Positions 47,196-56,312 of a DNA stretch of 64,000 nt are shown piece after piece. Positions within the stretch are counted from its first letter, which is position 1. Every line of letters begins with the position of its first letter. The DNA comes from Actinomycetota bacterium. GTDB taxonomy: Bacteria > Actinomycetota > UBA4738 > HRBIN12. The position numbers and the translations under genes were made by a program. Below the pieces are notes generated by a model. That model was given only the letters and a program-made list of their open reading frames with translations, made no database searches and was not told the origin of the DNA. The DNA lies in NCBI GenBank assembly GCA_038249195.1, contig JBBRWM010000001.1, forward strand, positions 75,489 through 139,488. The letters run 5' to 3'.

Positions 47196-48041
47196 GTGGA
47201 GACACGGCGGATCGTGCTGGATGGCGTTGCCGCGACGGTCACGCGAGAAGGCGGCGAGCTCGTCGCGGCCGACGGACGCCGCATGCCGGTGGATGAGCCG
47301 GTCCACCTCCCCCCGGTGGAGCCCTCCAAGATCCTCTGTGTCCACCTGAACTACGAGAGCCGCCGCGCGGAGTTCGGCGTGACCCTCGGGGCGGCGCCCA
47401 CCTACTTCCAGAAACCCACGAGCGCGCTGAACGGGCACGGCGGCCAGATCGTGCGGCCGCCTCGGTGCCGCTACCTCAATTACGAGGGCGAGATCGCGAT
47501 CGTGATCGACGGTGTGTGCCGCCACGTCGCCCCCGAGGACGTGGAGTCCTTCATCCGCGGCTATACCGTGGCCAACGACTACGGGCTGCACGACTTCCGC
47601 GACACCGACGCCGGCTCGATGCTGCGCGTGAAGGGCAGCGACAGCCTGGCCCCGCTCGGTCCGGGGCTCGTCACGGACTGGGACTTCCATGACAAAGGGA
47701 TCCGCACGCGCGTGAACGGCGAGCTCGTGCAGGAGGGGAACACCGAGGAGATGATCTGGGACATGCATTACCTCGTGGCCGACCTCGCCCGCACGATCAC
47801 CCTGATGCCCGGCGACGTGATCCTGTCCGGCACCCCAGCGAACTCCCGCCCCGTCGAGCCAGGCGACGTGGTTGAGGTGGAGGTGGACGGGCTCGGGACG
47901 CTGCGCAACGCGGTGGTGGAGGGGAGCGTCCCGATCCGCGAGGACGTGGGCGCCCAGCCGAGCGCGTCCGAGGAGGTCATCTCCACGACGTTCGGCGGGG
48001 ACTGGGAGTTCCGAGGGATCCGCCCTCCTCGGCGGACCTAG
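47196..48041 (+). CDS. FAH family protein (second paralog, divergent from the ADC gene)
   Basis: GTG at 47196. KILCVHLNYESRRAEFG...NYEGEIAIVIDG...SGTPANSRPV. Confidence 0.75.
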   Translation: METRRIVLDGVAATVTREGGELVAADGRRMPVDEPVHLPPVEPSKILCVHLNYESRRAEFGVTLGAAPTYFQKPTSALNGHGGQIVRPPRCRYLNYEGEIAIVIDGVCRHVAPEDVESFIRGYTVANDYGLHDFRDTDAGSMLRVKGSDSLAPLGPGLVTDWDFHDKGIRTRVNGELVQEGNTEEMIWDMHYLVADLARTITLMPGDVILSGTPANSRPVEPGDVVEVEVDGLGTLRNAVVEGSVPIREDVGAQPSASEEVISTTFGGDWEFRGIRPPRRT

Positions 48042-48049
48042 GCGGGGGC

Positions 48050-49042
48050 GTGCTCGCGACCGTGGATCGCGCCGTCGAGGCCTGGGCGGCGCTCGTCGCG
48101 GCATGCGTCCGGACGGATCGGCGAGGCCGCCTCCACCTTGCCGAGGGACCCCGCGGCCCGCGCGCACCCGTGTGGCCGTATGCGCAGGCGCTCGCGGCGG
48201 CCGTCGATCTGGATCGCGTTACGGGCGGCGACGAGTCGGCCCGCTGGGTGGACGGGCTCGCCGTATACGCGCGCGGCACTGCCTACGCCCCGACCCCTCG
48301 TCAGCGCCGCCGCTACTACGACGACAATGCCTGGATCGGGCTCGCGCTCGCGCAACGGCACCGACAGACGGGAACGCAAGCGGACGCGGACCACGCCCGG
48401 CGTGTGTTCGGCTTCGTTCGCGGGGGAGCCGATCCAGACGGCGGCGTCAGGTGGGTGGAGGGCCGGGGATCCCGCAACGCGTGCGCCACGGCGCCGGCGG
48501 CCCAGCTGGCGCTTTGGTTGCATCTCGCGCACCCCGACGAGGACGCCCTCGCGTTCGCGCGCCGGTCGATGGCGTGGATCGACCGCACGCTGGTGCTCGA
48601 GTCCGGGCTGATCGGTGACCACGAGGACGAGGGACGCGTCGATACCACCGTCTGGTCCTACAACCAGGGCGTCGCCGTGGGCGCCTGGACCCTGCTGGCT
48701 CGCGTCATGGGCGAGGGAGGTGAGCGGGCGGCACGGATCGCCACGGCGTCCCTCGATCGGTTCCGTGACGACGTCTTGTGGGCCCATCCGCCCGTCTTCA
48801 ACGCCATCTGGTTCCGCAACCTGCTCGCCCGACACGCTGTCGAGCCCATGGCCGGCCTGGTGGACCGGCTCGACGCGTATCTGGAACGGGCGTGGCTCGA
48901 AGCCCGCGACCCCGGGACCGGGTTGTTCACCGCTGGGGGGATCGGAAGCTACGACGGCACCCCCGCGATCGACCACGCCGGCCTCACCCAGCTCTTCGCG
49001 CTGCGCGCGTGGCCGGAGCCGGCCTGGACTGACATCGCCTGA
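48050..49042 (+). CDS. Glycoside hydrolase family 76-like (alpha-1,6-mannanase fold) protein
   Basis: YYDDNAWIGLAL and a six-hairpin-like repeat pattern. Confidence 0.6.
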   Translation: MLATVDRAVEAWAALVAACVRTDRRGRLHLAEGPRGPRAPVWPYAQALAAAVDLDRVTGGDESARWVDGLAVYARGTAYAPTPRQRRRYYDDNAWIGLALAQRHRQTGTQADADHARRVFGFVRGGADPDGGVRWVEGRGSRNACATAPAAQLALWLHLAHPDEDALAFARRSMAWIDRTLVLESGLIGDHEDEGRVDTTVWSYNQGVAVGAWTLLARVMGEGGERAARIATASLDRFRDDVLWAHPPVFNAIWFRNLLARHAVEPMAGLVDRLDAYLERAWLEARDPGTGLFTAGGIGSYDGTPAIDHAGLTQLFALRAWPEPAWTDIA

Positions 49043-49073
49043 GCGCAGATGCAGATGTCGGCCCTGCGAACGC

Positions 49074-50231
49074 TCAGCCCCAGAGCCGGTCGGCGACTCG
49101 GCCCACGAGCTCCAACTTCCGCCATTGGATGTCCTCGTCGATCTCGTTGCCGAGCATCACGGAGGCGAACCCGCACTGCGGGCTGATCGCGAGCCGATCG
49201 AGCCCGCCGACGAACCGCGCCGCCTCCTCCATGCGCCGCACGAGATCGTCCTCGACCTCCATGGTCTTGTGCTTCGAGCTGATGATGCCCATCACCATCA
49301 CGGCCTCCGGACGGAGGTGACGAACGGCCTCGAACCCGCCGTCCCGGCCGAGGTCGTCCCACTCCACCAGGAACGTGTCGTAGGTCAGCCCCCCGAACAC
49401 GCGCTCCGCGACCGGCTCGAGCGAGCCCTCGCACATCCACGACGAGCGGAAGTTCCCGCGACAGATGTGCAGCGCCACCGTGACGTGATCGGGGATCCCC
49501 TCGATCACGGCGGCGTCGGCCGCCAGCGCGGACGCGAGCACCTGCTGCACGTCGTGCCCGGCTGCCTCGAACCGATCGGTCCACGCCGGATCCACGAGGT
49601 ACGGATACAGCGGGAAATCGAACTGGACGTAGTTGGCCCCCGCGGCCACCGCGTCGGCCACCAGTTCGCGTTCGATCGTCACCGCCGCGTCCACGAATGC
49701 CTCAAGGGATCCGTACCCGGCACCGGCCGGGCCCGCGACCGTCGTGAGCGGGTGCGTGAAGATCGACGCGGCCGGGAACGTGACCTTGAACGGGTAGCCG
49801 TCGGCGGCCTCAGCAAGGAACGCGGCCTCGCGCGCGGCCGGAGAGTCCACCGTTTCCAGGCGGTCGACCACTTCGTGCACGTTGAGCTCCACGTCCTGGC
49901 CGCGCTCGTTGCGGAACGCCACGGTCTTGTCCGTGCGGATACCCCGCACGGCGTCGTAGAACGAGTTCATGAACATCCAGCGACGGAACTCGCCGTCGGT
50001 GACCACGTCCAGACCGCAGTCGCGCTGGCGGCGCACCGCGTCGCGCACCGCCTCGTCCTCGAGGGCGAGAAGCTCCGTGCGGTCCCTCGCGCGCTCCTCG
50101 TCCAGGACCGCGGAGTGTCCCGCATCGTAGAAGTGCTCGACGGCGGCCCTCAGCGCGGGCGGACGGAGCAGCGAGCCCACCGTTTCGGCGCGGGCGGGCG
50201 AGCGGGGGCGGACGGTCGAGTCGCCTCTCAC
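49074..50231 (-). CDS. Cobalamin-independent methionine synthase (MetE) C-terminal-domain-like protein
   Basis: GTG at 50231 overlaps the P450 stop. ...PFKVTFPAASIFTHPL...HICRGNF...SPQCGF. Confidence 0.7.
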   Translation of the reverse strand: MRGDSTVRPRSPARAETVGSLLRPPALRAAVEHFYDAGHSAVLDEERARDRTELLALEDEAVRDAVRRQRDCGLDVVTDGEFRRWMFMNSFYDAVRGIRTDKTVAFRNERGQDVELNVHEVVDRLETVDSPAAREAAFLAEAADGYPFKVTFPAASIFTHPLTTVAGPAGAGYGSLEAFVDAAVTIERELVADAVAAGANYVQFDFPLYPYLVDPAWTDRFEAAGHDVQQVLASALAADAAVIEGIPDHVTVALHICRGNFRSSWMCEGSLEPVAERVFGGLTYDTFLVEWDDLGRDGGFEAVRHLRPEAVMVMGIISSKHKTMEVEDDLVRRMEEAARFVGGLDRLAISPQCGFASVMLGNEIDEDIQWRKLELVGRVADRLWG

Positions 50232-51418
50232 GTGAGGCCCCGATCCGCGTCCCAGCGCACCCATAGGGAGTCCGGGGCGCGGAACTCCCAGCCGGTGAGC
50301 GTCACGGGACGTTCCTCGTTCGGCCGGAGCCCCGGGAGCCGGTCCAGCAAGATATCGAGCGAGACGCGCGCGAGGTGCCGCCCGAACCAGGCTCCGAGGC
50401 AGAAGTGGGTCCCGATTGCGAACGCGAGATGCGCGCCCTCCTTGCGCCTGACGTCGAATAGGTCCGGATCCGCCCATCGACGCGGGTCGCGATTTGCGGA
50501 GGTCAGGACCGCGCCCAGCAGCGCTCCCGCCTCCAGGGGGGCACCCGCAAGCTCCGTGTTGCACGTGGCCTGCCGCGTCGAGGTGCCCACCGGCCCGACC
50601 CAGCGCAGGGTTTCCTCCACGGCCGCCTTCACCAACGAGCGGTCGGCACGGACGTCGTCGAACTGCTCCGGATGCTGCATGAGCGCCCAGAGCGTGAGCG
50701 CGATGAGGTCGCGGGGTTCCTGCAGCCCACCCGAGAGCATGAGCTTTGTGTTCGCCACGATCTGCGGGCGTGACATGCGCCGCCCATCCTCCTCGTGGCG
50801 CACCATCCAGGAGAGCACGGAGCCGTCGGGCTCGGTATCCAGCCGGTCCAGCACGCGCTCGATCGCGGCACCGAGTTCCGCGCTCGCCTCGTCGGCCGGC
50901 ACCTGCTTGCCAGGGTCGGCCTCGAAGTTCGCGAGGCCGGGCATCAGGCCTTCGTTCCACCGCAGGATGTCCTGCCACGGGATGTCGTCGAGGCCGAGCA
51001 TGAACCGGAGCGATCGCACGCTCATGGGGTCGCAGTACGCGCGGAACAGGTCGACCTCGCCGGCGCTCGCGAAGCCGTCGATCAGCTCGTTCGCGAGGCG
51101 GGGGATCATGCCCTGGGTCCGGTCCTCGACGTCGCGCGGGCGGTACGGCACCTCCGTGATCGCTCGGATCCAGCGCTGGTCGGGGCCCTCCATGCCCAGC
51201 ATGTTCTCCCCCATCGTCCGGTTGAGCGTGGAGGGATCCGTGGCGGCCGTGAACGTGTCCGGATCCAGGTCGACCGCGCGCACGTCGTCGTGGCGCGTGA
51301 CGAGCCAGAGCCCCACCGCCGGGACCCAGCTCACGGGCTCCTCGTCTCGCAGCCGGGCATACACGGGGTAGGGATCACGCTCGAGCTCCTCGAGCGTGAT
51401 GGTCGCCCCGATGCTCAC
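50228..51418 (-). CDS. Cytochrome P450
   Basis: Heme loop HLAFAIGTHFCLGAWFGR. EXXR (AVEETLRW). Start taken at the second GTG after GGGAGGGAGG. Confidence 0.8.
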   Translation of the reverse strand: MSIGATITLEELERDPYPVYARLRDEEPVSWVPAVGLWLVTRHDDVRAVDLDPDTFTAATDPSTLNRTMGENMLGMEGPDQRWIRAITEVPYRPRDVEDRTQGMIPRLANELIDGFASAGEVDLFRAYCDPMSVRSLRFMLGLDDIPWQDILRWNEGLMPGLANFEADPGKQVPADEASAELGAAIERVLDRLDTEPDGSVLSWMVRHEEDGRRMSRPQIVANTKLMLSGGLQEPRDLIALTLWALMQHPEQFDDVRADRSLVKAAVEETLRWVGPVGTSTRQATCNTELAGAPLEAGALLGAVLTSANRDPRRWADPDLFDVRRKEGAHLAFAIGTHFCLGAWFGRHLARVSLDILLDRLPGLRPNEERPVTLTGWEFRAPDSLWVRWDADRGLT

Positions 51419-51526
51419 GCAGCCTCCCTCCCTGTCCACGGAGACGGTATTTTGTGCTCGAACGATTCACGCGCGCAAGCGGCGCGAGACCCGGCTATCG
51501 TGCGCGGAACGCTCCAAGGGAGGGTC

Positions 51527-52837
51527 ATGGACACGAACGGGAAACGCCTCCGCCTGCTCTACCCCGACGTCCACGGACTGGAACGCGGGAAGTATCTGTT
51601 CGGCGACGTCGCCGAATCGGGGCACGCGGCGTTCTGCATCGGCGTCTACCCCCTCACACACGATCGCGAGATCCTCATGGTGCCCGGCACGCAGTTCGAC
51701 GTGGGCCTACCCGACATCGAGGTGGATCTCGACCGCGAGTCGCTGCGGCCGAGCTGGGAGCCGGAGACGGTGATCGGCATCGGCGACGCGACGTTCAAAG
51801 GGAAGCCCGTCGCCATCGACCCGCGGCACGTCCTGCGCGAAGCCGTGGATGCCTGGCGGGCGATGGACTTGGAGCCACAGATCAGCTTCGAGCTCGAGTT
51901 CTACCTGCTGGAGCCCGAGAGCGGCGGCGGGACGTGGCGTCCCGTGAGCCTGCCGTCACACCGCGTGTACGGGACCGGCACGGCCATCGACCCCACGGGC
52001 TGTATCGACGACATGGTGAGCGCGGCGCTCGCGTGCGACTTCCCGGTGGAGAGCTGGAGCAGCGAATTCGACGAGGCTGCCTTCGAGGTGAACATCCGGT
52101 ACAACGACGCGATCCCCGCCGCCGACGAGGCGTTCATCTTCCGGCTGCTGATCCGCGAGGCGGCGACGCGCCGCGGCTATCTCGCGACGTTCCTGGGCCG
52201 GCCGCTCAACGATCGCGGCGGTAGCGGCATGCACGTGAACCTCAGTTTCCGCCGCGACGATGGGTCCAACGCGTTCCACGATCCGAACGACCCCCACGGG
52301 ATCTCGGAGCTCGCCCGTCGATGCATCGCGGGGATCCTCGGCCATCATGAGGGGATGGGCGCGATCATGGCCCCGCACGTGAACGCGTACAAGCGCCTGC
52401 AGCCCGACATGCTGAACGGGTATCTCGCCACGTGGGGCTTCGACGACCGAACGGTGTCGGTCCGCGTCCCCCCCGCGCGGGGCGAGGGCACGCGACTGGA
52501 GCAGCGCACCGCCGACGCCGCGGCGAACCCCTACCTCGTGGGCGCCGCCGTCCTGCACGCGGCCCGCTTCGGGGTGGAAGACGAGCTCGAACTGCCGCCG
52601 CCGCAGGTGGCGGGCGAGCCGCCCAACTCCGACGTCAGCATCCCGCCGAACCTCGACGCGGCCCTGGCGGCGCTCAACGCCGACACGCGCCTGGTGGAGG
52701 CGCTCGGCCCGGAGCTGGTGGAGGCGTTCACCATCCTCAAGCGCGGAGAATGGGAGCGCTACCTCGCCGCCACCGAGGATCGCGACACCACCGAGGTCAC
52801 CGACTGGGAGCTGCGCTACTACCTCCCCTACTACTGA
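51527..52837 (+). CDS. Glutamine synthetase family protein (GlnA3/gamma-glutamyl-amine synthetase-like)
   Basis: aagggaggg, then ATG. GSGMHVNLSF and ...RVPP...GTRLEQR motifs. Confidence 0.8.
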   Translation: MDTNGKRLRLLYPDVHGLERGKYLFGDVAESGHAAFCIGVYPLTHDREILMVPGTQFDVGLPDIEVDLDRESLRPSWEPETVIGIGDATFKGKPVAIDPRHVLREAVDAWRAMDLEPQISFELEFYLLEPESGGGTWRPVSLPSHRVYGTGTAIDPTGCIDDMVSAALACDFPVESWSSEFDEAAFEVNIRYNDAIPAADEAFIFRLLIREAATRRGYLATFLGRPLNDRGGSGMHVNLSFRRDDGSNAFHDPNDPHGISELARRCIAGILGHHEGMGAIMAPHVNAYKRLQPDMLNGYLATWGFDDRTVSVRVPPARGEGTRLEQRTADAAANPYLVGAAVLHAARFGVEDELELPPPQVAGEPPNSDVSIPPNLDAALAALNADTRLVEALGPELVEAFTILKRGEWERYLAATEDRDTTEVTDWELRYYLPYY

Positions 52838-53427
52838 GTCGCGCGCGTCGGTCCGCCGTGCTTTCCGGCCTCCCAGTGTCCGCCGTACCGATCTGCGGCG
52901 TAGGAGAGCGGCAACTCCTCGAGGGACGTTGCCATCGTGTCGTTCCAGCGGTTCAGGAACCCGAAGAGGCCGATGACCGCAAGCATCTCGACGATCTGTC
53001 CGTCGTCCCAATAGCGCCGGAGCTCCTCGAAATGGGCGGGCGTCACCTCGTTGGGAACCAGGGATGCGTCCCGCGCGAACCGCAAGGCGGCGCGCTCCCC
53101 GTCGTCGTATCGCGGGGAGCGCTCGAAGTCCCAGATCTGCGCGATCTTCTCGCCGTCGACGCCGCGCTCCCTCGCGTCGACGGCCTCGTGCGCCTGGCAG
53201 TAGCGGCACCCGGCGGCCACGCTCGCCATGATCCCGATGAGAGGCTTGAGATCCTTGGGCAGGGTGCCGGTGTTCCAGATCTGGGTGATCAGCTCGCTGA
53301 ACGCGCCGAGGATCTCGGGCCGCCGTGCCATGGTGTAGAGGCTGTTGGGCACGAAGCTGAGGGTCTCGTCGTAGTGGCGGAAGAGGGGCTCGAGTTCGGG
53401 ATGATCCTCCCGCCGCAGCGGTTCCAT
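52831..53427 (-). CDS. Carboxymuconolactone decarboxylase / AhpD-like family protein
   Basis: CRYCQAHE (CxxC..H AhpD core). Start at MEPL (GGAGG-11nt-ATG). Confidence 0.7.
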   Translation of the reverse strand: MEPLRREDHPELEPLFRHYDETLSFVPNSLYTMARRPEILGAFSELITQIWNTGTLPKDLKPLIGIMASVAAGCRYCQAHEAVDARERGVDGEKIAQIWDFERSPRYDDGERAALRFARDASLVPNEVTPAHFEELRRYWDDGQIVEMLAVIGLFGFLNRWNDTMATSLEELPLSYAADRYGGHWEAGKHGGPTRATQ

Positions 53428-53531
53428 GTTGGCCATGGCCTCCAGGCTAGCCGAGGCTCCGCCTTGCGACCGAAGCCGTTCGCGGGCAAGATGCTTCGGT
53501 AGCGAACGAGTGCCGAGCCGAGTGAAGGGAC

Positions 53532-54794
53532 GTGATGAGCGGCGCACTGGACGGGATCGATCTGGTGGACCCGGACAACTACGTGGAGGGGGTCCCGTTC
53601 GCGTGGTTCGACCGGCTGCGCGAGGAGGCGCCGGTGATGTGGCACCCGGAGCCCGGTCCGAACTCGGGCTTCTGGTCCGTCACCCGCTACGACGACCTCA
53701 CGACCGTTCACATGGACTGGCAGACGTACTCCTCCGAGGTGGGGGCGGTCTCTTTAGAAGAGCTCGACGAGGAGCAGCTCCTGATCCGCAAGTCGATGCT
53801 GGAGACCGATCCGCCACGACACACCGAGCTCCGCAAGGTGTGCTCGAAGAAGTTCAGCGCCCGCGCGGTGGGCGCGTTCGAGGACTGGATCCGCGACGTC
53901 GCCCGTAGCGTCCTCGATCGCGCGCTCCCGCTCGGCAATTTCGACTTCGTGAGCGAGATCAGTCGCGAGCTCCCCATCCGGTTCCTGTGCTCGATCTTCA
54001 CCGTTCCGCAGGAGGATGCGCCGGAGCTGATCCGTTGGGGCGACGAGATGATCGGCAACCAGGACCCCGACACCGCGGCCGTGGTCGTGGACAAGGAGGA
54101 CACCGAGGCCTACCGCCTCCTGCCGTTCCGCTCCCCCGCCGCCACCAAGGTGTTCGCGTACGCCGACCGACAGCGGGACGCACGCCTCGCCGAGCCCGCC
54201 GACGACGTTATCCAAGCGCTCACCATCGCCCAGTCCGAGGGCATCCTGGACGAGCAGGATTTCCACAACTACTTCTCGGTCCTGATGATCGCGGGCAACG
54301 AGACCACGCGTCACACGATCTCCCACGGGATGCTTGCGCTCATGGAGCACCCGGAACAGCTGCAGCTGCTCCGCGAAGACCCGTCGCTCATCCCCGCCGC
54401 CACGGAGGAGATCCTGCGATGGGCCACGCCGGTGTTTCATTTCCGGCGCACCGCCACGCGCGACGTGGAGCTGGGCGGGCAGCAGATCAAGGCCGGCGAC
54501 AAGGTCGTCACCTGGTACATCAGCGCGAACCGGGACCCCGCCGTGTTCCCCGATCCATACCGCTTCGACGTGACCCGCACGCCCAACGATCACGTCACCT
54601 TCGGGCCGGGCGGGCCGCACTTCTGCTTGGGCGCGCACCTCGCGCGCCTGGAGACGCGCATCTTGTTCCAGGAGCTGCTTCCTCGCCTGGATACGATCGA
54701 GTTGGCCGGCCCCGTCGTGCGGCTTCGCTCCAATTTCGTCAACGGGATCAAACGGATGCCCGTCAGGCTATCTACGGAGAGCGCCTCAGGGTAG
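53532..54794 (+). CDS. Cytochrome P450
   Basis: FGPGGPHFCLGAHLAR. EEILRW. AGNETT. Confidence 0.85.
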   Translation: MMSGALDGIDLVDPDNYVEGVPFAWFDRLREEAPVMWHPEPGPNSGFWSVTRYDDLTTVHMDWQTYSSEVGAVSLEELDEEQLLIRKSMLETDPPRHTELRKVCSKKFSARAVGAFEDWIRDVARSVLDRALPLGNFDFVSEISRELPIRFLCSIFTVPQEDAPELIRWGDEMIGNQDPDTAAVVVDKEDTEAYRLLPFRSPAATKVFAYADRQRDARLAEPADDVIQALTIAQSEGILDEQDFHNYFSVLMIAGNETTRHTISHGMLALMEHPEQLQLLREDPSLIPAATEEILRWATPVFHFRRTATRDVELGGQQIKAGDKVVTWYISANRDPAVFPDPYRFDVTRTPNDHVTFGPGGPHFCLGAHLARLETRILFQELLPRLDTIELAGPVVRLRSNFVNGIKRMPVRLSTESASG

Positions 54795-54943
54795 TCGGGA
54801 CGGCCTTCGTCGTACTCGTCGACACCTGCGTCAAACGCGCTCATCCCATGATCCTGCGGATCGACCGCATCGCATCTCCCACAGGCGCATAGGTTCCGGC
54901 CGTCGCCGGTGCCCATGGGACGGGGAGGATTGGGGGACGCGGA

Positions 54944-55744
54944 CCGAAGGGAAGGATCATCGCCACCACGACCGATCAACCTGCCATCCCCACGGGGGTC
55001 ACCGACGAGCGACTCGCCGGCCTCCGCCGCTGGAACATCGGCCTCACGATCCTGCATCTCGCCCAGGCGGCGCTCATCCTCTTCCTCGCCGACGACTTCG
55101 CGATCGCGGTCACGTCCTCGTTCCCGGAGGGCGCACCGGGTTCGCCGGCGCCTCCGCCCGAGGCGCTGTTCGATGTGCGGATCGGCGTGGCTGTGGCCAT
55201 CTTCCTCGGCCTGGCGGCGCTGGACCACCTGCTGACCGCGACCGTGAGCCGCGGCGTGTACGAGCGCGACCTGCGCCGGGGCATCAACCGCTTCCGGTGG
55301 GTGGAGTACTCGTTCAGCGCCACCCTGATGATCGTGCTGATCGGCTTCTACTCCGGCGTCACCTCGATCAACACCGTGATCGCGGTGGCGGGAGCCAACG
55401 TGGGCATGATCCTGTTCGGCTGGCTCCAGGAGCGCATGAATCCGCCCGGCCGCACTTCGACGACGATGCTGCCGTTCTGGTTCGGCGCGCTGGTCGGCAT
55501 CGCGCCGTGGATCTCGATCGCCGTCAACATCGTTGGTTCTTCTTCGGTGCCAGGGTTCGTCTACGGCATCGTGGTGGCGCAGTTCGTCTTCTTCTTCAGC
55601 TTCGGGCTGAACCAACTGCTGCAGTACCGCGAAACGGGTCCCTGGGCCGACTACGCGTTCGGCGAGAAGGCGTACCTCGTGCTGAGCCTGGGAGCGAAAT
55701 CGTTCCTCGCATGGCAGATCTTCGCCGGGTCACTCGCGACCTGA
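54944..55744 (+). CDS. Heliorhodopsin. The conserved TM1-2 region lies upstream of the first canonical start (55175); a possible frameshift or non-canonical start makes the 5' boundary unresolved
   Basis: Manual translation of frame 2 from 54944 gives ...DERLAGLRRWNIGLTILHLAQAALILFLADDFAIAVTSSF...NRFRWVEYSFSATLMIVLIG...MILFGWLQE...LPFWFG...VPGFVYGI...YLVLSLGAKSFLAWQIFAG. This aligns along its length with heliorhodopsin 48C12, including the retinal Schiff-base Lys in SLGAKS. Confidence 0.8.
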   Translation, partial: PKGRIIATTTDQPAIPTGVTDERLAGLRRWNIGLTILHLAQAALILFLADDFAIAVTSSFPEGAPGSPAPPPEALFDVRIGVAVAIFLGLAALDHLLTATVSRGVYERDLRRGINRFRWVEYSFSATLMIVLIGFYSGVTSINTVIAVAGANVGMILFGWLQERMNPPGRTSTTMLPFWFGALVGIAPWISIAVNIVGSSSVPGFVYGIVVAQFVFFFSFGLNQLLQYRETGPWADYAFGEKAYLVLSLGAKSFLAWQIFAGSLAT

Positions 55745-55799
55745 GACGCACGAGCGGTGAGCGAGGCTTCCCGCGCGGTCAGTCCTTCGGCCGGCTCGC

Positions 55800-56312
55800 T
55801 CAGGACCCGGCGTCGCCGGTCGCCACCGAGGCGAACAAGGTGCGGAGCATCGCCGCCAGGTCGTCCTGCTGGGCCGGCGAGAGGGGAGCGGCCACGGCGG
55901 ACTCCTCGAGGTTGAACGTGGGGAAGAGCGTCTCGATCGTGCTTCGCCCCGAAGGGGTCAACTCCGCGATCACCATGCGCCCGTCCTTGGGATCCTTGCG
56001 TCGTGTGAGGAACCCGCGGCCCTCGAGCGTGCTCATCACGCCCGTCGCCGTCGGCCGGCTGATGCCCACGGCGGAGGCGAACGCGCGGGCCTCCATCGGG
56101 CCCCACACCCATAGCACCCACAGGCCCACGAACGAGGTCCACGACAGCCGGTCGTTCGCGAGCACGCGCGCCTCCATGTGACGCCGGATGGCGGTCGAGC
56201 TTCGGAAGAGGTTCGAGATGGCCCACATCGCCCGGAAGTCGAGCGGCAGGTGCCCGAGCTCCTTCACGACCTTCCGCTCCGCCGGGAGCAGCTGGTCGTG
56301 CTGGTCGTTCAT
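55800..56312 (-). CDS. MarR-family transcriptional regulator
   Basis: ATG at 56312 overlaps the decarboxylase stop (ATGA). ...GISRPTATGVMSTLEGRGFLTRRKDPKDGR. Confidence 0.75.
   Translation of the reverse strand: MNDQHDQLLPAERKVVKELGHLPLDFRAMWAISNLFRSSTAIRRHMEARVLANDRLSWTSFVGLWVLWVWGPMEARAFASAVGISRPTATGVMSTLEGRGFLTRRKDPKDGRMVIAELTPSGRSTIETLFPTFNLEESAVAAPLSPAQQDDLAAMLRTLFASVATGDAGS

Noticed and set aside
45804-48167. 787-aa minus-strand ORF
   Set aside because: It overlaps the FAH, ADC and FAH genes in antisense or shifted frames. Its translation is extremely Arg/Gly-rich with no domain features.
54590-55615. 341-aa minus ORF antisense to the heliorhodopsin, and the 54909..55235 plus ORF
   Set aside because: Both have low-complexity Arg-rich translations. 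The heliorhodopsin frame has overwhelming homology support. The ATG at 54915 is considered only as a possible frameshifted start.
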